A stretch of 64,000 nt of DNA from Eledone cirrhosa. Lineage: Eukaryota. The notes under the pieces were generated by a model, which made no database searches, was not told the DNA's origin, and saw only the letters and a list, made by a program, of their open reading frames with translations. The position numbers and the translations under genes were made by a program. Positions within the stretch are counted from its first letter, which is position 1, and every line of letters begins with the position of its first letter. The DNA is taken from contig OZ024752.1 of NCBI GenBank assembly GCA_964016885.1, positions 17,546,001 to 17,610,000 of the forward strand, written 5' to 3'. Positions 53,201 to 64,000 of the stretch are shown here, piece after piece.

Positions 53201-56200
53201 TATATGGTCTACAACTCCACCATTCTAACTCCTTCTTATATGGTGTACAACTCCACCATTCTAATTCCTTCTTATATGGTCTACAACTCCACCATTCTAA
53301 CTCCTTCTTATATGGTGTACAACTCCACCATTCTAATTCCTTCTTATATGGTCTACAACTCCACTATTCTAACTCCTTCTTATATGGTCTACAACTCCAC
53401 CATTCTAATTCCTTCTTATATGGTCTACAACTCCACCATTCTAACTCCTTCATATATGGTCTACAACTCTACGATTCTAACTCCTTCTTATATGGTGTGC
53501 AACTCCACCATTCTAACTCCTTCTTATATGGTCTACAACTCCACCATTCTAATTCCTTCTTATATGGTCTACGACTCCACCATTCTAACTCCTTCTTATA
53601 TGGTCTACAACTCCACCATTCTAATTCCTTCATATATGGTGTACAACTCCACAATTCTAACTCCTTCTTATATGGTCTACAACTCCACCATTCTAATTCC
53701 TTCTTATATGGTCTACAACTCCACCATTCTAACTCCTTCTTATATGGTCTACAACTCCACCATTCTAATTCCTTCATATATGGTGTACAACTCCACCATT
53801 CTAACTCCTTCTTATATGGTCTACAACTCCACCATTCTAACTCCTTCTTATATGGTCTACAACTCCACCATTCTAACTCCTTCTTATATGGTGTACAACT
53901 CCACCATTCTAAGTCCTTCTTATATGGTGTACAACTCCACCATTCTAACTCCTTCATATATGGTCTACAACTCCACCATTCTAACTCCTTCTTATATGGT
54001 GTACAACTCAACCATTCTAATTGCTTCTTATATGGTCTACAACTCCACCATTCTAACTCTTTCTTATATGGTCTACAACTCCACCATTCTAACTCCATCT
54101 TATATGGTCTACAACTCCACCATTCTAATTCCTTCTTATATGGTCTACAACTCCACCATTCTAACGCCTTCTTATATGGTCTACAACTCCACCATGCTAA
54201 CGCCTTCTTATATGGTGTACAACTCCACCATTCTAATTCCTTCTTATATGGTGTACAACACCACCATTCTAATTCCTTCTTATATGGTCTACAACTCCAC
54301 TATTCTAAGTCCTTCTTATATGGTCTACAACTCCACCATTCTAATTCCTTCTTATATGGTCTACAACTCCACCATTCTAATTCCTTCTTATATGGTCTAC
54401 AACTCCACCATTCTAATTCCTTCTTATATGGTCTACAACTCCACCATTTTAACTCCTTCTTATATGGTCTACAACTCCACCATTCTAACTCCTTCTTATA
54501 TTGTCTACAACTGCACCATTCTAACTCCTTCTTATATGGTCTACAACTCCACCATTCTAACTCCTTCTTATATGGTGTACAACTCCACCATTCTAACTCC
54601 TTCTTATATGGTGTACAACTCCACCATTCTAATTCCTTCTTATATGGTCTACAACTCCACCATTCTAATTCCTTCTTATATGGTCTACAACTCCAGCATT
54701 CTAACTCCTTCTTATATGGTGTACAACTCCACCATTCTAATTCCTTCTTATATGGTCTACAACTCCACCATTCTAACTCCTTCTTATATGGTCTACAACT
54801 CCCCCATTCTAATTCCTTCTTATATGGTCTACAACTACACTATTCTAACTCCTTCTTATATGGTCTACAACTCCACCATTCTAACTCCTTCTTATATGGT
54901 CTACAACTCCACCATTCTAACTCCTTCTTATATGGTGTACAACTCCACCATTCTAACTCCTTCTTATATGGTCTACAACTCCACCATTCTAACTCCTTCT
55001 TACATGGTCTACAACTCCACCATTCTAATTCCTTCATATATGGTGTACAACTCCACCATTCTAACTCCTTCTTATATGGTCTACAACTCCACCATTCTAA
55101 CTCATTCTTCTATGGTGAACAACTCCACCATTCTAACTCCTTCTTATATGGTCTACAACTCCACCATTCTAACTCCTTCTTATATGGTGTACAACTCCAC
55201 CATTCTAACTCCTTCTTATATGGTCTACAACTCCACCATTCTAACTCCTTCTTATATGGTGTACAACTCCACCATTCTAACTCCTTCTTATATGGTCTAC
55301 AACTCCACCATTCTAACTCCTTCTTATATGGTGTACAACTCCACCATTCTAACTCCTTCTTATATGGTCTACAACTCCACCATTCTAACTCCTTCTTATA
55401 TGGTGTACAACTCCACCATTCTAATTCCTTCTTATATGGTCTACAACTCCACCATTCTAACTCCTTCTTATATGGTGTACAACTCCACCATTCTAATTCC
55501 TTCTTATATGGTCTACAACTACACTATTCTAACTCCTTCTTATATGGTCTACAACTCCACCATTCTAATTCCTTCTTATATGGTCTACAACTCCACCATT
55601 CTAACTCCTTCATATATGGTCTACAACTCTACGATTCTAACTCCTTCTTATATGGTGTGCAACTCCACCATTCTAACTCCTTCTTATATGGTCTACAACT
55701 CCACCATTCTAATTCCTTCTTATATGGTCTACAACTCCACCATTCTAACTCCTTCTTATATGGTCTACAACTCCACCATTCTAATTCCTTCATATATGGT
55801 GTACAACTCCACAATTCTAACTCCTTCTTATATGGTCTACAACTCCACCATTCTAATTCCTTCTTATATGGTCTACAACTCCACCATTCTAACTCCTTCT
55901 TATATGGTCTACAACTCCACCATTCTAATTCCTTCATATATGGTGTACAACTCCACCATTCTAACTCCTTCTTATATGGTCTACAACTCCACCATTCTAA
56001 CTCCTTCTTATATGGTCTACAACTCCACCATTCTAACTCCTTCTTATATGGTGTACAACTCCACCATTCTAAGTCCTTCTTATATGGTGTACAACTCCAC
56101 CATTCTAACTTCTTCATATATGGTCTACAACTCCACCATTCTAACTCCTTCTTATATGGTGTACAACTCAACCATTCTAATTGCTTCTTATATGGTCTAC

Positions 56201-59200
56201 AACTCCACCATTCTAACTCTTTCTTATATGGTCTACAACTCCACCATTCTAACTCCATCTTATATGGTCTACAACTCCACCATTCTAATTCCTTCTTATA
56301 TGGTCTACAACTCCACCATTCTAACGCCTTCTTATATGGTCTACAACTCCACCATGCTAACGCCTTCTTATATGGTGTACAACTCCACCATTCTAATTCC
56401 TTCTTATATGGTGTACAACTCCACCATTCTAATTCCTTCTTATATGGTCTACAACTCCACTATTCTAAGTCCTTCTTATATGGTCTACAACTCCACCATT
56501 CTAATTCCTTCTTATATGGTCTACAACTCCACCATTCTAATTCCTTCTTATATGGTCTACAACTCCACCATTCTAATTCCTTCTTATATGGTCTACAACT
56601 CCACCATTTTAACTCCTTCTTATATGGTCTACAACTCCACCATTCTAACTCCTTCTTATATTGTCTACAACTCCACCATTCTAACTCCTTCTTATATGGT
56701 GTACAACTCCACCATTCTAACTCCTTCTTATATGGTCTACAACTCCACCATTCTAACTCCTTCTTATATGGTGTACAACTCCACCATTCTAACTCCTTCT
56801 TATATGGTCTACAACTCCACCATTCTAATTCCTTCTTATATGGTCTACAACTCCACCATTCTAATTCCTTCTTATATGGTCTACAACTCCAGCATTCTAA
56901 CTCCTTCTTATATGGTGTACAACTCCACCATTCTAATTCCTTCTTATATGGTCTACAACTCCACCATTCTAACTCCTTCTTATATGGTCTACAACTCCCC
57001 CATTCTAATTCCTTCTTATATGGTCTACAACTACACTATTCTAACTCCTTCTTATATGGTCTACAACTCCACCATTCTAACTCCTTCTTATATGGTCTAC
57101 AATTCCACCATTCTAACTCCTTCTTATATGGTGTACAACTCCACCATTCTAACTCCTTCTTATATGGTCTACAACTCCACCATTCTAACTCCTTCTTACA
57201 TGGTCTACAACTCCACCATTCTAATTCCTTCATATATGGTGTACAACTCCACCATTCTAACTCCTTCTTATATGGTCTACAACTCCACCATTCTAACTCA
57301 TTCTTCTATGGTGAACAACTCCACCATTCTAACTCCTTCTTATATGGTCTACAACTCCACCATTCTAACTCCTTCTTATATGGTGTACAACTCCACCATT
57401 CTAACTCCTTCTTATATGGTCTACAACTCCACCATTCTAACTCCTTCTTATATGGTGTACAACTCCACCATTCTAACTCCTTCTTATATGGTCTACAACT
57501 CCCCCATTCTAATTCCTTCTTATATGGTCTACAACTACACTATTCTAACTCCTTCTTATATGGTCTACAACTCCACCATTCTAACTCCTTCTTATATGGT
57601 CTACAACTCCACCATTCTAACTCCTTCTTATATGGTGTACAACTCCACCATTCTAACTCCTTATATGGTCTACAACTCCACCATTCTAACTCCTTCTTAC
57701 ATGGTCTACAACTCCACCATTCTAATTCCTTCATATATGGTGTACAACTCCACCATTCTAACTCATTCTTCTATGGTGAACAACTCCACCATTCTAACTC
57801 CTTCTTATATGGTCTACAACTCCACCATTCTAACTCATTCTTCTATGGTGAACAACTCCACCATTCTAACTCCTTCTTATATGGTCTACAACTCCACCAT
57901 TCTAACTCTTTCTTATATGGTCTACAACTCCACCATTCTAACTCCTTCTTATATGGTCTACAACTCCACCATTCTAACTCCTTCGTATATGGTCTACAAC
58001 TCCACCATTCTAACTCCTTATATTGTCTACAACTCCACCATTCTAACTCCTTCTTATATGGTCTACAACTCCACCATTCTAACTCCTTCTTATATGGTGT
58101 ACAACTCCACCATTCTAACTCCTTCTTATATGGTGTACAACTCCACCATTCTAACTCCTTCTTATATGGTCTTCAACTCCACCCTTCTAACTCCTTCTTA
58201 TATGGTCTACAACTCCACCATTCTAACTCCTTCTTATATGGTCTACAACTCCACCATTCTAATTCCTTCTTATATGGTCTACAACTCCACCATTCTAACT
58301 CCTTCTTATATGGTGTACAACTCCACCATTCTAACTCCTTCTTATATGGTCTACAACTCCACCATTCTAACTCCTTCTTATATGGTGTACAACTCCACCA
58401 TTCTAATTCCTTCTTATATGGTCTACAACTCCACCATTCTAACTCCTTCTTATATGGTGTACAACTCCACCATTCTAATTCCTTCTTATATGGTCTACAA
58501 CTCCACTATTCTAACTCCTTCTTATATGGTCTACAACTCCACCATTCTAATTCCTTCTTATATGGTCTACAACTCCACCATTCTAACTCCTTCATATATG
58601 GTCTACAACTCTACGATTCTAACTCCTTCTTATATGGTGTGCAACTCCACCATTCTAACTCCTTCTTATATGGTCTACAACTCCACCATTCTAATTCCTT
58701 CTTATATGGTCTACAACTCCACCATTCTAACTCCTTCTTATATGGTCTACAACTCCACCATTCTAATTCCTTCATATATGGTGTACAACTCCACAATTCT
58801 AACTCCTTCTTATATGGTCTACAACTCCACCATTCTAATTCCTTCTTATATGGTCTACAACTCCACCATTCTAACTCCTTCTTATATGGTCTACAACTCC
58901 ACCATTCTAATTCCTTCATATATGGTGTACAACTCCACCATTCTAACTCCTTCTTATATGGTCTACAACTCCACCATTCTAACTCCTTCTTATATGGTCT
59001 ACAACTCCACCATTCTAACTCCTTCTTATATGGTGTACAACTCCACCATTCTAAGTCCTTCTTATATGGTGTACAACTCCACCATTCTAACTCCTTCATA
59101 TATGGTCTACAACTCCACCATTCTAACTCCTTCTTATATGGTGTACAACTCAACCATTCTAATTGCTTCTTATATGGTCTACAACTCCACCATTCTAACT

Positions 59201-62200
59201 CTTTCTTATATGGTCTACAACTCCACCATTCTAACTCTTTCATATATGGTCTACAACTCCACCATTCTAATTCCTTCTTATATGGTCTACAACTCCACCA
59301 TTCTAACGCCTTCTTATATGGTCTACAACTCCACCATGCTAACGCCTTCTTATATGGTGTACAACTCCACCATTCTAATTCCTTCTTATATGGTGTACAA
59401 CTCCACCATTCTAATTCCTTCTTAGATGGTCTACAACTCCACTATTCTAAGTCCTTCTTATATGGTCTACAACTCCACCATTCTAATTCCTTCTTATATG
59501 GTCTACAACTCCACCATTCTAATTCCTTCTTATATGGTCTACAACTCCACCATTCTAATTCCTTCTTATATGGTCTACAACTCCACCATTTTAACTCCTT
59601 CTTATATGGTCTACAACTCCACCATTCTAACTCCTTCTTATATTGTCTACAACTGCACCATTCTAACTCCTTCTTATATGGTCTACAACTCCACCATTCT
59701 AACTCCTTCTTATATGGTGTACAACTCCACCATTCTAATTCCTTCTTATATGGTGTACAACTCCACCATTCTAATTCCTTCTTATATGGTCTACAACTCC
59801 ACCATTCTAATTCCTTCTTATATGGTCTACAACTCCAGCATTCTAACTCCTTCTTATATGGTGTACAACTCCACCATTCTAATTCCTTCTTATATGGTCT
59901 ACAACTCCACCATTCTAACTCCTTCTTATATGGTCTACAACTCCCCCATTCTAATTCCTTCTTATATGGTCTACAACTACACTATTCTAACTCCTTCTTA
60001 TATGGTCTACAACTCCACCATTCTAACTCCTTCTTATATGGTCTACAACTCCACCATTCTAACTCCTTCTTATATGGTGTACAACTCCACCATTCTAACT
60101 CCTTCTTATATGGTCTACAACTCCACCATTCTAACTCCTTCTTACATGGTCTACAACTCCACCATTCTAATTCCTTCATATATGGTGTACAACTCCACCA
60201 TTCTAACTCCTTCTTATATGGTCTACAACTCCACCATTCTAACTCATTCTTCTATGGTGAACAACTCCACCATTCTAACTCCTTCTTATATGGTCTACAA
60301 CTCCACCATTCTAACTCCTTCTTATATGGTGTACAACTCCACCATTCTAACTCCTTCTTATATGGTCTACAACTCCACCATTCTAACTCCTTCTTATATG
60401 GTGTACAACTCCACCATTCTAACTCCTTCTTATATGGTGTACAACTCCACCATTCTAATTCCTTCTTATATGGTCTACAACTCCACCATTCTAACTCCTT
60501 CTTATATGGTCTACAACTCCACCATTCTAATTCCTTCTTATATGGTCTACAACTCCACCATTCTAACTCCTTCTTATATGGTCTACAACTCCACCATTCT
60601 AATTCCTTCTTATATGGTCTACAACTCCACCATTCTAATTCCTTCTTATATGGTGTACAACTCCACCATTCTAACTCCTTCATATTTGGTCTACAACACC
60701 ACCATTCTAACTCCTTCTCATATGGTGTACAACTCCACCATTCTAATTCCTTCTTATATGGTCTACAACTCCACCATTCTAACTCCTTCATATATGGTCT
60801 ACAACTCCACCATTCTAACTCCTTCTTATATGGTCTACAACTCCACCATTCTAATTCCTTCTTATATGGTCTACAACTCCACCATTCTAATTCCTTCTTA
60901 TATGGTCTACAACTCCACCATTCTAATTCCTTCTTATATGGTCTACAACTCCACCATTCTAACTCCTTCTTATATGGTCTACAACTCCACAATTCTAATT
61001 CCTTCATATATGGTCTACAACTCCACCATTCTAACTCCTTCTTATAGGGTGTACAACTCCACCATTCTAACTCCTTCTTATATGGCCTACAACTCCACCA
61101 TTCTAACTCTTTCATATATGGTCTACAACTGCACCATTCTAACTCCTTCTTATATTGTCTACAACTCCACCATTCTAACGCCTTCTTATATGGTCTACAA
61201 CTCCACCATTCTAATTCCTTCTTATATGGTCTACAACTCCACCATTCTAACTCCTTCTTATATGGTCTACAACTCCACCATTCTAACTCCTTCTTATATG
61301 GTCTACAACTCCACCATTCTAACTCCTTCTTATATGGTGTACAACTCCACCATTCTAACTCCTTCTTATATGGTCTACAACTCCACCATTCTAACTCCTT
61401 CTTATATGGTCTACAACTGCACCATTCTAACTCCTTCTTATATGGTGTACAACTCCACCATTCTAACTCATTCTTATATGGTCTACAACTCCACCATTCT
61501 AACTCATTCTTCTATGGTGTACAACTCAACCATTCTAACTCCTTCTTATATGGTCTACAACTCCACCATTCTAACTCCTTCTTATATGGTGTACAACTCC
61601 ACCATTCTAACTCCTTCTTATATGGTCTACAACTCCACCATTCTAACGCCTTCTTATATGGTGTACAACTCCACCATTCTAACTCCTTCTTATATGGTGT
61701 ACAACTCCACCATTCTAATTCCTTCTTATATGGTCTACAACTCCACCATTCTAATTCCTTCTTATATGGTCTACAACTCCAGCATTCTAACTCCTTCTTA
61801 TATGGTGTACAACTCCACCATTCTAATTCCTTCTCATATGGTCTACAACTCCACCATTCTAATTCCTTCTTATATGGTCTACAACTACACTATTCTAACT
61901 CCTTCTTATATGGTCTACAACTCCACCATTCTAACTCCTTCTTATATGGTCTACAACTCCACCATTCTAACTCCTTCTTATATGGTGTACAACTCCACCA
62001 TTCTAACTCCTTCTTATATGGTCTACAACTCCACCATTCTAACTCCTTCTTACATGGTCTACAACTCCACCATTCTAATTCCTTCATATATGGTGTACAA
62101 CTCCACCATTCTAACTCCTTCTTATATGGTCTACAACTCCACCATTCTAACTCATTCTTCTATGGTGAACAACTCCACCATTCTAACTCCTTCTTATATG

Positions 62201-64000
62201 GTCTACAACTCCACCATTCTAACTCCTTCTTATATGGTGTACAACTCCACCATTCTAACTCCTTCTTATATGGTCTACAACTCCACCATTCTAACTCCTT
62301 CTTATATGGTGTACAACTCCACCATTCTAACTCCTTCTTATATGGTGTACAACTCCACCATTCTAATTCCTTCTTATATGGTCTACAACTCCACCATTCT
62401 AACTCCTTCTTATATGGTCTACAACTCCACCATTCTAATTCCTTCTTATATGGTCTACAACTCCACCATTCTAACTCCTTCTTATATGGTCTACAACTCC
62501 ACCATTCTAATTCCTTCTTATATGGTCTACAACTCCACCATTCTAATTCCTTCTTATATGGTGTACAACTCCACCATTCTAACTCCTTCATATTTGGTCT
62601 ACAACTCCACCATTCTAACTCCTTCTCATATGGTGTACAACTCCACCATTCTAATTCCTTCTTATATGGTCTACAACTCCACCATTCTAACTCCTTCATA
62701 TATGGTCTACAACTCCACCATTCTAACTCCTTCTTATATGGTCTACAACTCCACCATTCTAATTCCTTCTTATATGGTCTACAACTCCACCATTCTAATT
62801 CCTTCTTATATGGTCTACAACTCCACCATTCTAATTCCTTCTTATATGGTCTACAACTCCACCATTCTAACTCCTTCTTATATGGTCTACAACTCCACAA
62901 TTCTAATTCCTTCATATATGGTCTACAACTCCACCATTCTAACTCCTTCTTATAGGGTGTACAACTCCACCAGTCTAACTCCTTCTTATATGGTCTACAA
63001 CTCCACCATTCTAACTCCTTCTTATATGGTCTACAACTCCACCATTCTAACTCCTTCTTATATGGTGTACAACTCCACCATTCTAACTCCTTCTTATATG
63101 GTCTACAACTCCACCATTCTAACTCCTTCTTATATGGTCTACAACTGCACCATTCTAACTCCTTCTTATATGGTGTACAACTCCACCATTCTAACTCATT
63201 CTTATATGGTCTACAACTCCACCATTCTAACTCATTCTTCTATGGTGTACAACTCAACCATTCTAACTCCTTCTTATATGGTCTACAACTCCACCATTCT
63301 AACTCCTTCTTATATGGTGTACAACTCCACCATTCTAACTCCTTCTTATATGGTCTACAACTCCACCATTCTAACTCCTTCTTACATGGTCTACAACTCC
63401 ACCATTCTAATTCCTTCATATATGGTGTACAACTCCACCATTCTAACTCCTTCTTATATGGTCTACAACTCCACCATTCTAACTCATTCTTCTATGGTGA
63501 ACAACTCCACCATTCTAACTCCTTCTTATATGGTCTACAACTCCACCATTCTAACTCCTTCTTATATGGTGTACAACTCCACCATTCTAACTCCTTCTTA
63601 TATGGTCTACAACTCCACCATTCTAACTCCTTCTTATATGGTGTACAACTCCACCATTCTAACTCCTTCTTATATGGTGTACAACTCCACCATTCTAATT
63701 CCTTCTTATATGGTCTACAACTCCACCATTCTAACTCCTTCTTATATGGTCTACAACTCCACCATTCTAATTCCTTCTTATATGGTCTACAACTCCACCA
63801 TTCTAACTCCTTCTTATATGGTCTACAACTCCACCATTCTAATTCCTTCTTATATGGTCTACAACTCCACCATTCTAATTCCTTCTTATATGGTGTACAA
63901 CTTCACCATTCTAACTCCTTCATATTTGGTCTACAACTCCACCATTCTAACTCCTTCTCATATGGTGTACAACTCCACCATTCTAATTCCTTCTTATATG
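17249..64000. repeat. 36-bp tandem satellite array (~1,300 units, runs off the window end)
   Basis: Consensus TATATGGTCTACAACTCCACCATTCTAACTCCTTCT; units typically differ by 0-2 substitutions; occasional 33-bp units; single orientation, no insertions seen. Confidence 0.98.

Noticed and set aside
23297-61047. Giant 2,000-4,400-aa ORFs as genes, including RNA polymerase II CTD-like (TPSY) or N-glycosylated (NST) repeat proteins
   Set aside because: Overlapping ORFs in three frames follow from a stop-free 36-mer; the period is 12 aa, not the YSPTSPS heptad; no signal peptide or unique domain; stops are propagated with duplicated blocks
17249-64000. CRISPR array (36-bp repeat length)
   Set aside because: Units are head-to-tail with no unique spacers, there are no cas genes, and the context is eukaryotic
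17249-64000. Telomeric repeat
   Set aside because: No TTAGGG or TTAGG arrays; only one TTAG per 36 bp

Overview
Eukaryotic (animal) repeat-rich DNA with no host protein-coding gene. The SINE and RTE tails and the (TA)n density suggest a cephalopod, probably Octopus (inference from recalled repeat sequences). Bases ~1-17.2 kb are a mosaic of retroelements separated by (TA)n/(CA)n tracts: a rearranged Penelope-like element (PLE) with a GIY-YIG endonuclease ORF, a 3'-truncated RTE-type LINE (APE+RT, 878 aa), an R4/Dong-like RLE LINE remnant, a tRNA-derived SINE and a U6 snRNA copy fused to an RTE/SINE-type 3' tail. This part also holds seven full-length type I hammerhead-ribozyme folds from five sequence families, plus many fold-back palindromes whose breakpoints fall in or next to the ribozymes. 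Bases ~17,249-64,000 are one uninterrupted 36-bp satellite (TATATGGTCTACAACTCCACCATTCTAACTCCTTCT, ~1,300 units) built by kb-scale block duplications. Its giant ORFs are most likely a by-product of a stop-free 36-mer. All folds and alignments were done by eye.
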